This document shows positions 26,710 to 36,582 of a stretch of 64,000 nt of DNA, in pieces (within the stretch, counting starts at the first letter, position 1; every line of letters starts with the position of its first letter). Both the position numbers and the translations under genes were made by a program. The notes beneath the pieces were generated by a model, which saw nothing but the letters and a program-made list of their open reading frames with translations, made no database searches and was not told where the DNA came from. Origin of the DNA: a virus (lineage: Duplodnaviria > Caudoviricetes); the IMG/VR virus record IMGVR_UViG_2895374923_000001, positions 27,860 to 91,859 of that record; one strand, 5' to 3'.

Positions 26710-27597
26710 ATGACGTGGTTCAAGGTTGACGACTCGTTCCACTCCCACCCGAAGATCCTGGCGAGCCGACCGGCGGCGCTGGGCCTGTGGGTGGTCGCCG
26801 GCTCCTGGTCAAGCGCGAACCTCACCGAGGGGTTCGTGTCAGACCAGGTGCTCCCGCGGCTACTCCCGGGCGCGGCCAAGCTGGCGCGCGAGCTGGTGAA
26901 CGTAGGGCTGTGGACGCGAACGAAGGGCGGCTACCACTTCCACGACTGGACCGATTGCCAGCCAACGAAGGAAGAAGCCACCGCAGCGCGACGAAAGAAG
27001 TCACTCGGCGCGAAGCTGGGCAACCACCGACGATGGCACGCAGACAGGGGCGTCCGTGACCCCGAATGCCCCTTCTGCCTGGACGAACGCGGAAAACCAG
27101 GATCAGATAACCGATCGGACTCCGATCACTCCAGCGATGCCGAAGCGAATCGCAATCCGATTCCCCCGTCCCGTCCCGTCCAGTCCCCGAAGGGGACTAG
27201 GACGGATACAGGTAGTCAGTCATCGTCCCGCCGTAACGCGCACGCGAGAGACGACGAGGACGACACCATCGATCGCGCCATCATCACCCTCCTGCACGAG
27301 CTGGCCGGCGCCACCGTCGACGGCTGCTGGGCCGCCCGCGTGCGCCGCCGCATCCTCGACGGCCACAACATTCGGCACAGCCGCCTGGCCTACGTCACCG
27401 CCTCCGTGCGCAACGCCCCCGCCAAGTGGCTACCGCCTGACCAGCAGCCACCCGAGGTGACACCGCTCCGCGTGGTGCCCGACCGGCCGGAGTGGTGCGG
27501 CACCTGCGACGAACGCACCCGGCTGCTCGACGTGCCCGGGGCGCCGATCGCGCGATGTCCCGTCTGCCATCCCCTAGCCCATCGGAGGAGCTCATGA
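26710..27597 (+). CDS. Phage replication initiator
   Basis: MTWFKVDDSFHSHPK...GLW...FHDW; low-complexity middle; C-terminal WCGTCD...RCPVCHP. Confidence 0.75.
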   Translation: MTWFKVDDSFHSHPKILASRPAALGLWVVAGSWSSANLTEGFVSDQVLPRLLPGAAKLARELVNVGLWTRTKGGYHFHDWTDCQPTKEEATAARRKKSLGAKLGNHRRWHADRGVRDPECPFCLDERGKPGSDNRSDSDHSSDAEANRNPIPPSRPVQSPKGTRTDTGSQSSSRRNAHARDDEDDTIDRAIITLLHELAGATVDGCWAARVRRRILDGHNIRHSRLAYVTASVRNAPAKWLPPDQQPPEVTPLRVVPDRPEWCGTCDERTRLLDVPGAPIARCPVCHPLAHRRSS

Positions 27598-28157
27598 CCA
27601 CCCTCGACCCGTACGAGGCGACCCTCCAGCACATCGAGCTGATCGCCCGCAAGCGCCAGAAGCTCCTCGCCGTGCAGCGCGACGCCGAACGGCAGGTTCT
27701 CCACCGAGCGGGCCGGGATTACGTTGCCGGCCTGCTGCCGCCAGAAGCGCTCGTCGCGCTCTACCAGCGCTATCGCGATCTCATCGCGATCAACGCCTGG
27801 CGGGCAACGACGGACCTGTGGTACGCCGCGATCCCCGTTCGGCCCGAGCAACTGCGCATGCGCACCAGCCCAAGGCCCAACATCGACGGGACCTGGCGAG
27901 GGGACTTCCCCTTCGCCGAAGACTGGCGGCCGCCCACCGGCCAGAGCGTCGTCTACGTGCTCTACGACGCCGCCTCGACGCCCTGCTACGTCGGTAGCAC
28001 TGACCAGTTCAACGCCCGGCTGAACGCACACTCACGCGGCAAGAGCTTCACCCGATGGATCGCCTACCCGTGCGACGACCGCGAGGCCGCCTACCAGCTC
28101 GAAGACCGCCTGCTGAAGGAGCACAAGCCGTACCTGAACAGGAGGGCCGGCCGATGA
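27594..28157 (+). CDS. GIY-YIG nuclease-domain protein
   Basis: VVYVLYD...YVGST...RLNAH...LEDRLLKEHKPYLN. Confidence 0.8.
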   Translation: MTTLDPYEATLQHIELIARKRQKLLAVQRDAERQVLHRAGRDYVAGLLPPEALVALYQRYRDLIAINAWRATTDLWYAAIPVRPEQLRMRTSPRPNIDGTWRGDFPFAEDWRPPTGQSVVYVLYDAASTPCYVGSTDQFNARLNAHSRGKSFTRWIAYPCDDREAAYQLEDRLLKEHKPYLNRRAGR

Positions 28158-28543
28158 GCCCCTGCCCGCACGGCCTGGCCAACCCGTTCATGTGCCCCGA
28201 CTGCCGGGCCGCCGACCGCCGCCGCAGCGACAAGCCGCCGGCCGACATCCACCGCGCCAGCGCCGAGCTCGTCGCCCTCGCCCTCGCCGTACGGCCCGAC
28301 TGGGACGAGGCCGACATCCGCGCCGCCCTGGCCGGAGCGCACGCGGTCGGCCAGACCTGGGAACAAGCCCTGGTCGGCCTGGCCCGGCTCATGGTCGACG
28401 GCCGCGCCGTACCACGCGAGCTCGTCCCCAACGCCCGCGACCCCCTCGCCCTGCGCCGCATCCCCGAGCCCGACGTCGCCCACCGCGGCGCCGAGCTCGC
28501 CCGCGAACTCCTCACCCAGCCCGACCAGCCTGGAGAAGTCTGA
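28154..28543 (+). CDS. Phage hypothetical protein
   Basis: ALAVRPDWDEADIRAAL; coupled. Confidence 0.65.
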   Translation: MSPCPHGLANPFMCPDCRAADRRRSDKPPADIHRASAELVALALAVRPDWDEADIRAALAGAHAVGQTWEQALVGLARLMVDGRAVPRELVPNARDPLALRRIPEPDVAHRGAELARELLTQPDQPGEV

Positions 28544-29070
28544 TGAAGGCTCTGTCCATCAAGCAACCCTGGGCGTTTCTCATCGCCTCCGGGCACAAGG
28601 ACATCGAGAACCGCAGCAAGGGCACCTCGCACCGTGGCGTCATCGCCATCCACGCCAGCCTCACCCTGAACCGGGGATTCCGCATCCCTGTCCGAGAAGG
28701 GGCGGTCGCCCTCGACGAGGTCGGCGGGCTGGGCAACCTCTGGGAGCCGCGCTACGCCGTCGACGGGCTCGCGCCGACACCGTCGCCGCTGCTCGCGTGC
28801 GGCGCCATCATCGCCGTCGCCGAGATCGGTCACGACCACAACAGCCACGACGGTCAGGACGGCTGCTGGGACAGGCCACGCTGCTACGACCGTGAGCATG
28901 GCGTGTGCTCGCCCTGGGCGGTCCCCGGGCAGCACCACTGGCCCATCACGAACGTCCGCCCCCTGCCGAAGCCAGTAGTCGCGCGCGGCTCGCTCGGGCT
29001 GTGGAAGGTACCGCCGGACATCGAGGCCGCCGTCCATCACCAACTCAAGACCAGCGAGCCCGAGCCGTGA
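28543..29070 (+). CDS. ASCH-domain protein
   Basis: MKALSIKQPWAFLIASGHKDIENR...ARGSLGLW. Confidence 0.9.
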   Translation: MKALSIKQPWAFLIASGHKDIENRSKGTSHRGVIAIHASLTLNRGFRIPVREGAVALDEVGGLGNLWEPRYAVDGLAPTPSPLLACGAIIAVAEIGHDHNSHDGQDGCWDRPRCYDREHGVCSPWAVPGQHHWPITNVRPLPKPVVARGSLGLWKVPPDIEAAVHHQLKTSEPEP

Positions 29071-29078
29071 GGGGCGCC

Positions 29079-29618
29079 ATGCCGGCGGACCAGCCCGGCC
29101 TGTGGGACCTGCCCGAGGTACGGCCCGCGACGCCCACCCGGCCGCCGCGGCCGCGCATCCACGCCTCCGCGCCCCGCCGGGCCAAGACCCAGCGCGAGCG
29201 CGACTGCGACCCGCGCTGCCTCGTCTGCGGCCACCCCGAAGGCCGCGGCCTATGCACGCCACGCTGCGCCGTCGTCTGCGTCCACGCCGCCCAGCCCTAC
29301 CGCGCCGAGGTGTGCATCGCCACCGTCCACGTCACCGCCCAGCTCGCCGTCGGCCTGCCCGGCGCCCGCCCCGGCCGCCACCTCGCCGTCGTGGACCCGT
29401 GCCCGCGCTGCGGCCAACGCCATGCCCATGCCGAGCGATACGGCCGCGCCTGGAGGCTCGCCCCCTGCGGCCAGCCGTACATCGTCCACCTACCGCGCCC
29501 CGCCGCCCCCGGCCCGGCCGCCATCGATGAGCCGCCCCCAGCCGGGCGACAGACCACCACCACCCGCGGCGCCGCCCTCGCACGCCAAGCCCTCACCCGA
29601 ACCGAAGGAGTCGCATGA
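29079..29618 (+). CDS. Cys/His-rich hypothetical protein
   Basis: CLVCGH, CPRCGQRHAH...RLAPC. Confidence 0.55.
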   Translation: MPADQPGLWDLPEVRPATPTRPPRPRIHASAPRRAKTQRERDCDPRCLVCGHPEGRGLCTPRCAVVCVHAAQPYRAEVCIATVHVTAQLAVGLPGARPGRHLAVVDPCPRCGQRHAHAERYGRAWRLAPCGQPYIVHLPRPAAPGPAAIDEPPPAGRQTTTTRGAALARQALTRTEGVA

Positions 29619-29884
29619 TCCCGCTTCAGATCCGCCCGAACCTCGAAACGGCCCCATGGGACGACATCACCGACGACAACCTGGCCGACGGGGGCACGAT
29701 CGAACGCGTCGGACTCCTGCCGAACGCCACCAGAAGGGGGCGACCGGCCTTCGTGCTCGTCGTCCGCCTGCCGGACGGCCGCGCCGTCCTCGCCCAAACC
29801 ACCTGGGCCCTGATGGAAGGCGCCGTCCGCGCACTGGGCGCATCGCCGGTCGCCGATCTCGACCGGCGGGAGCACGGATCATGA
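29615..29884 (+). CDS. Phage hypothetical protein
   Basis: GAAGGAG RBS. Confidence 0.7.
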   Translation: MIPLQIRPNLETAPWDDITDDNLADGGTIERVGLLPNATRRGRPAFVLVVRLPDGRAVLAQTTWALMEGAVRALGASPVADLDRREHGS

Positions 29885-30132
29885 CCCAGCTCGGCCCAGG
29901 AGCGAGCAAGCTCCTGCGCATCATCAACGACCACGACGAGGGCGAAGGCGTCGAGTTCGTCCCCGCCCCCTACGGCCGGTGGCGACTTGCAGGAAGCACC
30001 TACGTCGTCAACACCCGGACCTTCCGAGTCCTCGCCGCCCGAGGGCTGATCGACGTCGGCAACGGCCACACCGACCCCGTCCGCGCCACCCAGGCCGGCC
30101 GCGACCATCTCGCCACGAGGGGGACCCTGTAA
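29881..30132 (+). CDS. Small wHTH-like protein
   Basis: TRTFRVLAARGLI...TQAGRDHL. Confidence 0.6.
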   Translation: MTQLGPGASKLLRIINDHDEGEGVEFVPAPYGRWRLAGSTYVVNTRTFRVLAARGLIDVGNGHTDPVRATQAGRDHLATRGTL

Positions 30133-30574
30133 TGGACGTGATCACGATCGTGCCCGGCCGGGATCCCGACGCACCCACCGACTGCCTCATCTCCTGGCAG
30201 GGGCACGACTGGACGGCGTCCGTCGAAGTCGTGCGCGCCACAGCCGTAGACCTCTTCACCGTCGCCACCTGGGCCGACGTGATGATGCACGCGACCCTCA
30301 AGCTCAAACTGGACCCGCACACGGCGAGCGAGTTCACCGGCACCCGCCCCGCTCCGCCCGCCGGGCCGTACAGCGGTGCGCCGACTGCAAGCGCCGCATC
30401 TGGTCGGCCAAGTCGCTCCGCCCGCGGCTCGGCGTCCTGCTGGGCGAGGGCTGCTACCGCAAACGGGTCCAAGCTGCCCGCCGCCGCGGCGTCCGGATCC
30501 GCGTACGAGACCCGGGCCACATCCCCACCCAGCTCGTCATCTTCGTCTTCCCCGACCCCGACCAGGAGACCTAG
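30132..30574 (+). pseudogene. Frameshifted or deletion-fused gene(s)
   Basis: MDVITIVPG frame degenerates near 30340; the -1 frame reads QRCADCKRRIWSAKSLRPRLGVLLGEGCYRK to TAG 30574 with no evident start of its own. Confidence 0.55.
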
Positions 30575-30579
30575 TGATC

Positions 30580-30834
30580 ATGATCCCTGTACGCCTGCCC
30601 GCCACCTTCGAGCCCTACATCGTGCGCGACGACTGCACCCTAAGCGCCGACCACCCGCTATACGGCAGCCCCTGCCCCGTCTGCCCGACCCCGCTCGGCA
30701 CCGACGGCAAGCCCGTCGCCCTGGTCGCCGTCGGCATCGACCCGGACGATCGCAAGCCCGTCGGCTGGATGACCGGTGCGGCCGTCGCCGTCCACACCGC
30801 CTGCGCGCGCCGGCCCCGGCCGGACAGCCAGTGA
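30580..30834 (+). CDS. Small Zn-binding protein
   Basis: CPVC...VHTAC; AGGAG RBS. Confidence 0.65.
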   Translation: MIPVRLPATFEPYIVRDDCTLSADHPLYGSPCPVCPTPLGTDGKPVALVAVGIDPDDRKPVGWMTGAAVAVHTACARRPRPDSQ

Positions 30835-31124
30835 ACCGCCGCCTCGGCATCGCCCTCGCCGTCGCCGTACCGATCGCCTACGGCTTCGGCCACATCGCCA
30901 TGGCCACCGCGAACTACGTCGTGCTCGCAGCCGTACTCGGCTACCTGCTGACCATGGTCGCCATCCTGCTCGTCGTCCGGCGCCGCCAGATACGCCGCCG
31001 GAACCGGCCGTGATCTGGCCCTGGCACCGGCACCGCTGGGTCACGGTCGAAAACACCGGCCGCGTGATCACCCAGAAGTGCGCGACATGCCCGAAAACTC
31101 GCGTACGAGTCCTCTAGGAGACCC

Positions 31125-31604
31125 ATGAGCACCGACGGCCCTCTCGCACGCCTGGGCACAGCCCTCAAGAAGCGGGCCCGAGCCGACTACCTGCGCAAAC
31201 TCTGCTGCTTCGCCGCACTCGGCTACGCCCTCGCACAAGAGGCGTGGACGATCGCCGCCTTCCTGGTCGCCATCCTCATCGCCTCAATGGTCATCAGCGT
31301 CAAGGCCGCCCGCACCGGGCCACCACGCAGCCTCACCCGCGTCCTCACCGTCCTGCTCACCGGAGGCGCCAACATCAGCGGCGCCACCATCCAGCTCCTC
31401 GTCGGCGGCTCGGCCTGGAGAATCTGCGACCACCTCGACCAGCTCGAAGAAGACGGCTGGATCACCCGCACCATCGAGACATCCGCATCGGCCGACCGGC
31501 CGCCACACCACTACTACGCCCTCACCCGGTATGGCCGCGCCCAAGCCCTCGCCTTGCTCAACCTCGGCACCGAGGCCGCTCGGCCCGGAGGCGACCAGCC
31601 ATGA
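31125..31604 (+). CDS. Membrane plus wHTH (PadR-like) protein
   Basis: TM helices, then LDQLEEDGWI...YYALTRYG. Confidence 0.65.
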   Translation: MSTDGPLARLGTALKKRARADYLRKLCCFAALGYALAQEAWTIAAFLVAILIASMVISVKAARTGPPRSLTRVLTVLLTGGANISGATIQLLVGGSAWRICDHLDQLEEDGWITRTIETSASADRPPHHYYALTRYGRAQALALLNLGTEAARPGGDQP

Positions 31605-32011
31605 CCTACCGGGAGATCACCACCAAGCTGACAGCCGCGACATCCCAGGCCCTCGGCGAGCTCACCGGGCCCTGCAGCTGTACGCCCGCCTCGAAGCCGA
31701 GCAGCCGCCGGACGGCAGATCCTCGCCCACGACCCGGAAGGAGAGACGCATGTCCTCACCTGGCACTGACGACCTCCGCCACCGCAGACACGGACCCGAG
31801 ATCGTGGGCCTTCGCCGGAGCGTCCGGTTCGCTGTGTCGCTGACCCTCTTCGGACTGGGTGCCGACCTCGGCTGGATAGCCATGGAGGCTGCTACGAGGT
31901 TCGCCCTCGACCAGGACTTTGGCTGGGCAGCGGCCTTCGGAGCCGAGGGCATGGCGTTGATGGGCATCGCTCTCCGTGCGTCCCAACGGCAAGTCGAAAG
32001 GACGGCCCAGA

Positions 32012-32356
32012 ATGGATGACAACCTCTACCAGCAGGCGGCCGACCTGCTCGGGCAAAATGCGAAACCCGGCCAGATCCATCTCGCGGCAACGCTCCTGAG
32101 GAGAACGCAGGAGGCCGACCGCTGCTTTCTGGAGGATCACAAGGGACGCCTAGAGCACGCCGAAGGCCAGGTGAAAGACCTTCGAGCCGCCCTGGAGCGC
32201 ATCCGTGAGGTCCACCGCTGCGTCACCCACAGGAAGCCTCGCGGCGAGGAAGTTTCGACGTGCGCCCACTGCAGCGAGGACTCCTACCCGTACTACGAGG
32301 TGCTCTGGCCCTGCCCAACCATCGCGGCCCTCAACGGCCCCCAGGAAGAGACATGA
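32012..32356 (+). CDS. Phage hypothetical protein
   Basis: CAHC...WPCPT motif. Confidence 0.65.
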   Translation: MDDNLYQQAADLLGQNAKPGQIHLAATLLRRTQEADRCFLEDHKGRLEHAEGQVKDLRAALERIREVHRCVTHRKPRGEEVSTCAHCSEDSYPYYEVLWPCPTIAALNGPQEET

Positions 32357-32655
32357 GCACGCGCGCCAGGTGCGATCACTCCTCCGCCGTACCCGTCGAG
32401 TCCGCGCTCACCGGCGAGACCCTCGCAGCGCTCTGCCCCACCTGCGACACGCAGCTGCCGGCCGAATTTCTCGGCTGCGAGCACGCGAACGCCATCGACA
32501 TCTACACCCTCGCCGGGCCGCCCGGCGAGCAGATCTGCAACGACTGCGGCACCTACGGCTGGTACGGCACAGCCACCACGCCGACCGTCCTCCCGTACCA
32601 GGCCGGCCCAGACGGTCCCGGCATTCCCCCTCGAATCGCTGTGGGAGCACCATGA
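32353..32655 (+). CDS. Small protein with duplicated Zn-ribbon
   Basis: CDH...LCPTCD / CEH...ICNDCG. Confidence 0.6.
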   Translation: MSTRARCDHSSAVPVESALTGETLAALCPTCDTQLPAEFLGCEHANAIDIYTLAGPPGEQICNDCGTYGWYGTATTPTVLPYQAGPDGPGIPPRIAVGAP

Positions 32656-32954
32656 CGAGTAAACCGCCGGTCCCCGGCGTCGCTGACCCATTCCCCCTCA
32701 TCCCCGTGGATGAGAACGCCGACAGCCCCTTCAGCCTCATCCTGCGGATTGGCTGCCGCGCCGCCGACGGCTGGGCCGTGCGCTCCTGGGCACAGCTCAC
32801 CATCGGCATGTCGCCCAGGGACATCGCACGAAGCCAGATCCGCGAAGCCCTCCTTCACCTCCTCGAACTGGGCCTGATCGACATCGACGAAGACCGGCTC
32901 GACGCCGTCGAGAACCACCCACTGCCCGCCTGGAGGGAGGCCGCCGGTGGCTGA
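32652..32954 (+). CDS. Phage hypothetical protein
   Basis: ATGA overlap. Confidence 0.55.
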   Translation: MTSKPPVPGVADPFPLIPVDENADSPFSLILRIGCRAADGWAVRSWAQLTIGMSPRDIARSQIREALLHLLELGLIDIDEDRLDAVENHPLPAWREAAGG

Positions 32955-32969
32955 GATCGAGGCACGACC

Positions 32970-33635
32970 ATGACGCGCCGCGCCGTCGCACCGGCGCTAT
33001 GCCTGGCCACACACCGGCATGACCCGGAGCGGCCACGCCAGGCCGCACCCGGGCTCAACCTGTGCCCCGGCTGCCACGTCGGCCTGGCCCGCCACCTGGC
33101 CGACCTGCCCGGGCTGCACGACGACGTCCTCGACCAGCTCCCCGCGAACGGGACCGTGGCCGGGCCCGCCGTGTCCGGCAGCCCCGGCCAGCCCCTGCCA
33201 TACAATCCCGCCGCCGGCGACCTGCTCTCCCAACTCCGCCACGACCTGACCTGGCTGACCCGGCTCGTCGCCGAACAGCGCGGCCTCACCACACCCCCAC
33301 CACGACCGCCAGACCAATGCGCCTGGCTCTCCCGCCACACCGACTGGATCGCCGCCCATCCCGACGCCGGAGCCATCAAAGGCACCCTGACCGAACTCGT
33401 CGGCCGCGCCTGGGCCGTCATCGACCCCGCCCGGCGCCCCCTCCTCATCGGGCCCTGCCTCGAAACCATCGACGACCAGCCCTGCGACGGAACCCTGCGC
33501 GCCACCGTCCGCCGCGACGGCGACCCCACACCCTCCGAGATCTACTGCGACACCTGCCCCCTGAGCCTGGACACCACCCAGTGGCACCGATTCGGCAAGC
33601 GCTACCTGGCCGAGCGCGCGAGGATAGCCGGATGA
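32970..33635 (+). CDS. Putative late regulator, Zn-finger part
   Basis: LCPGC...DLPGLHD...WLSRHTDWIAAHP...GPC...CDGTL...YCDTC; homologous to 2311..3087. Confidence 0.7.
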   Translation: MTRRAVAPALCLATHRHDPERPRQAAPGLNLCPGCHVGLARHLADLPGLHDDVLDQLPANGTVAGPAVSGSPGQPLPYNPAAGDLLSQLRHDLTWLTRLVAEQRGLTTPPPRPPDQCAWLSRHTDWIAAHPDAGAIKGTLTELVGRAWAVIDPARRPLLIGPCLETIDDQPCDGTLRATVRRDGDPTPSEIYCDTCPLSLDTTQWHRFGKRYLAERARIAG

Positions 33636-33895
33636 ACGCCGACGACGCGCTGAACGGGGCCGCGGCCCAAGCCGCTGCGCAGTACGGCATGAGCGCCGAG
33701 CAGGCCCTCGCCTACCTCACCACCACCGACGCCCAGCGCATATACGACATACCAGCCCGCACCATCCGCCGCTGGATCCACGAAGGCCGCCTCACCCACC
33801 AGCGCGACGGACGCACCATCCTCGTCTCCTGCGACGAACTCGACCAGCTCGCCGACATTCGCGCAGGCCGGCGCTTGCCACGAACACCCAAATGA
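33632..33895 (+). CDS. HTH (MerR/excisionase-like) DNA-binding protein
   Basis: LTTTDAQRIYDIPARTIRRWIHEGRL. Confidence 0.75.
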   Translation: MNADDALNGAAAQAAAQYGMSAEQALAYLTTTDAQRIYDIPARTIRRWIHEGRLTHQRDGRTILVSCDELDQLADIRAGRRLPRTPK

Positions 33896-34058
33896 CCCCA
33901 TCATCTGAATAACCTCAGATCACTTGTCGGCCCGGCCAAGCCCGGGCCATCGTCATGCCAGGCACCTGGTGGGGGCCAGGCGTCGGGCCCGGCCGGCACG
34001 AAGGTGCGGGCGGAGCGGCCGAGCCCGACACCCCCGCCCCTGCCGCAGAAGGGCCGTC

Positions 34059-34196
34059 ATGCCCCAGCTGATCCTCTACCTCGTGATGCTCATCTGCTTC
34101 GCCCTGGCCGCCTTCAACATCGGCGGACGCATCAACCTCATCGCGGTCGGCCTCACAGCCTGGGCACTCGCCCTCGTCTGGGACGCCATCCCCTAA
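34059..34196 (+). CDS. Small two-TM protein (45 aa)
   Basis: MPQLILYLVMLICFALAAFNIGGRINLIAVGL. Confidence 0.6.
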   Translation: MPQLILYLVMLICFALAAFNIGGRINLIAVGLTAWALALVWDAIP

Positions 34197-34399
34197 CTCC
34201 AGCGCAAGCCGGGGCTCATCAACAGGGGGCCACCCCACCAGCCCCAGGCCACAGCACACGGCCGCCCTCCCCACCCCACCGCCACGCTGCCCGAGACACC
34301 AGCACCACGCATCAACCCAACGCGCTGGACCCCAGCGCGCACCTGGCCCACACCACCTCCGGACACCACCCGCCCCCACCCCCGCGCAAGGGATCGAGC

Positions 34400-34675
34400 A
34401 TGGCAGCCAAGGCAGGACGCAGCGGCTCACGCTACCGAGAGCTGCGCGCATGGCTGAAGGCCCAGCCCCACGGCTGGATCTGCTGCCGATGCCAGCACCC
34501 CATCGACCCTGAGCTCCCGCCCCGACACCCGATGTCTTGGACACTCGACCACCTCGTCGCCCTCGTACATGGTGGTCCACTCCTCGACCGAACCAACGCT
34601 CGCGGCGCGCACTACTCCTGCAACAGCCGCCACGGGCGCTCCATCCAAGACGCCACCACCTCACGCCGGTGGTAA
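34400..34675 (+). CDS. Terminase-associated HNH endonuclease
   Basis: CCRC...TLDHLVALVHGG...AHYSCNSRHG...TSRRW. Confidence 0.9.
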   Translation: MAAKAGRSGSRYRELRAWLKAQPHGWICCRCQHPIDPELPPRHPMSWTLDHLVALVHGGPLLDRTNARGAHYSCNSRHGRSIQDATTSRRW

Positions 34676-34679
34676 AGCT

Positions 34680-34772
34680 GCAGGTCACAGGCCCGGACGG
34701 GTAGGGGGGCACCATGCCCGCGAAGACGATCAATACCCCTGGGAGACCCCGCCCTCTCCCATTTCTCTCCCC
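34680..34772 (+). other. Putative cos/packaging site of the prophage
   Basis: HNH-terS gap; GCAGGTCA...GACCCCGC...TTTCTCTCCCC. Confidence 0.6.
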
Positions 34773-34810
34773 AAGCGGTTGCTTGGGCGGCCAAGTGGTT
34801 GCTTGGTCTC

Positions 34811-35071
34811 ATGGCTGAGCTGGTCGAAGAGGTCGGGTCAGGCGACCGGCGCAGGGCGTTGAAGGCGTTGAGGGACAAGCTGGCGGCCGAGCTTTCGGGC
34901 TCGGAGGGGCGGACGTCGGCCGCGCTGGCGAAGGAGCTCGTGGCCGTGCTGAGGGAGCTGGATTCGCTGCCGTTGCCGAAGGAGGCGAGCTCTGTTGACG
35001 ATCTCGCCGCCAAGCGTGCTGCTCGGCGCGCAGGCGCCTCGGGTCTCGACGGTTCCACCTCGGTTCAGTAG
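34811..35071 (+). CDS. terS: Terminase small subunit
   Basis: Position; homology to 1159..1404. Confidence 0.85.
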   Translation: MAELVEEVGSGDRRRALKALRDKLAAELSGSEGRTSAALAKELVAVLRELDSLPLPKEASSVDDLAAKRAARRAGASGLDGSTSVQ

Positions 35072-36425
35072 CGCCGGCCAGGAGGCGGTCGAGCTCGCGG
35101 CGAGCGCGGGCCTGCATCTGGATCCGTGGCAGGCGCGCGCCCTGGATCTGGCGCTGGGTGAGCGTGCTGACGGCACGTGGGCGGCGTTCGAGGTGGGGCT
35201 GATCGTCGGCCGGCAGAACGGCAAGGGATCGGTGCTGGAGGCCAGGGAACTGGCCGGCCTGTTCCTCTTCGGCGAGCGGCTGCTGCTGCACTCGGCGCAC
35301 GAGTTCAAGACCAGCGGCGAGGCGTTCCTGCGGGTGAAGGCGCTGATCGACAACACCGATGATCTGCGGCGCCGGGTGGCGCGGATGCGGACCTCGCACG
35401 GCGAGGAGGGCATTGAGCTGATCGGCGGCCAGCGGCTGCGGTTCGTGGCCAGGTCCACCGGGTCGGGCCGCGGTTTCTCGGGCGACACGGTGATCTTGGA
35501 TGAGGCGTACGCGTTGACGGCGCCGATGATGGCCGCGCTGCTGCCGACGCTCAGCGCGAAGCCGAATCCGCAGGTCTGGTACGCGTCGTCGGCGCCGCTG
35601 CGCACCAGCGAGGTGCTGAAGAAGATCGTGGCGCGGGGCCGTGAGGGGTCGCCGCGGATGGCGTACCTGGAGTGGTCGGCGCCGCAGTCGGCCGCGTTGG
35701 ACGATCGTGAGGCGTGGGCGCAGGCCAACCCGGCGCTGGGGATCCGGATCAGCTCGGAGTTCGTCGAGGCCGAGCGGGTGGCGCTGGAAGAGGAGGAGTT
35801 CGCCCGGGAGCGGCTGGGCATCGGGGCGGACGACCAGTCCGGCATGGTGATCGACTTGGGCGCGTGGGCGGCGCTGGCCGACCCGGCGTCGCAGATGGCG
35901 GATCCGGTGGCGTTCTGCATGGACATGACGCCGGAGCGGTCGGTCGGGTCGATCGCGGCGGCCGGGCGGCGCGCGGACGGGCGGCTGCACGTCGAGGTGG
36001 TCGAGCACCGTCCGGGCACGGCGTGGATGGTGGCCCGGCTGCAGGAGCTGCGGGAGCGGTGGAAGCCGTGCGCAGTCGTGATCGACCCCGCCGGGCCGGC
36101 AGGGTCGCTGATCGCCGAGGTGGAGGCGTCCGGTGTCGAGGTGGTCAAGCCGTCGGCGCGCGAGCACGCGCAGGCGTGCGGCCAGCTGTACGACGCGGTG
36201 ATGCCGTCGCAGGGCGAGCCGACGCTGCGGCATCTGGGCCAGCTGCCGCTGAACACGGCGCTGGCGGGCGCCCGCAAACGGGATCTGGGCGATGCGTGGG
36301 CGTGGGCCCGCAAGGGCGTCTCGGTGGACATCAGCCCGCTGGTGGCGGTGACGCTCGCGGCGTGGGGGCACGCCACCCGTGCGCATCTGGAGGGGAGATC
36401 GACGCCATGGGTCGCGTTCGGCTGA
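34995..36425 (+). CDS. terL: Terminase large subunit
   Basis: LDPWQ, GRQNGKG, ILDEA, VDISPLVA. Confidence 0.95.
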   Translation: MTISPPSVLLGAQAPRVSTVPPRFSSAGQEAVELAASAGLHLDPWQARALDLALGERADGTWAAFEVGLIVGRQNGKGSVLEARELAGLFLFGERLLLHSAHEFKTSGEAFLRVKALIDNTDDLRRRVARMRTSHGEEGIELIGGQRLRFVARSTGSGRGFSGDTVILDEAYALTAPMMAALLPTLSAKPNPQVWYASSAPLRTSEVLKKIVARGREGSPRMAYLEWSAPQSAALDDREAWAQANPALGIRISSEFVEAERVALEEEEFARERLGIGADDQSGMVIDLGAWAALADPASQMADPVAFCMDMTPERSVGSIAAAGRRADGRLHVEVVEHRPGTAWMVARLQELRERWKPCAVVIDPAGPAGSLIAEVEASGVEVVKPSAREHAQACGQLYDAVMPSQGEPTLRHLGQLPLNTALAGARKRDLGDAWAWARKGVSVDISPLVAVTLAAWGHATRAHLEGRSTPWVAFG

Positions 36426-36428
36426 GCG

Positions 36429-36578
36429 ATGCGCAGAACTGAGGCGGCGGCGCTGCTGACGGCGGCGCTGGCGATGGTCGTGGGTGGGCTGGTGTGGCTG
36501 CTCGGCGCCATCGGCCTGATCATCCCTGGGGTGCTGCTGGCCGCGTTCGTCCTGCTCGTCGTCGAAATCAAGGAGTGA
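36429..36578 (+). CDS. Small membrane protein between terL and portal
   Basis: 49 aa, hydrophobic; typical position. Confidence 0.6.
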   Translation: MRRTEAAALLTAALAMVVGGLVWLLGAIGLIIPGVLLAAFVLLVVEIKE

Positions 36579-36582
36579 ACGC

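Noticed and set aside
27095-27170. CGAT-rich iterons inside the replication gene
   Set aside because: A plausible lambda-O-like origin, but too degenerate to call.
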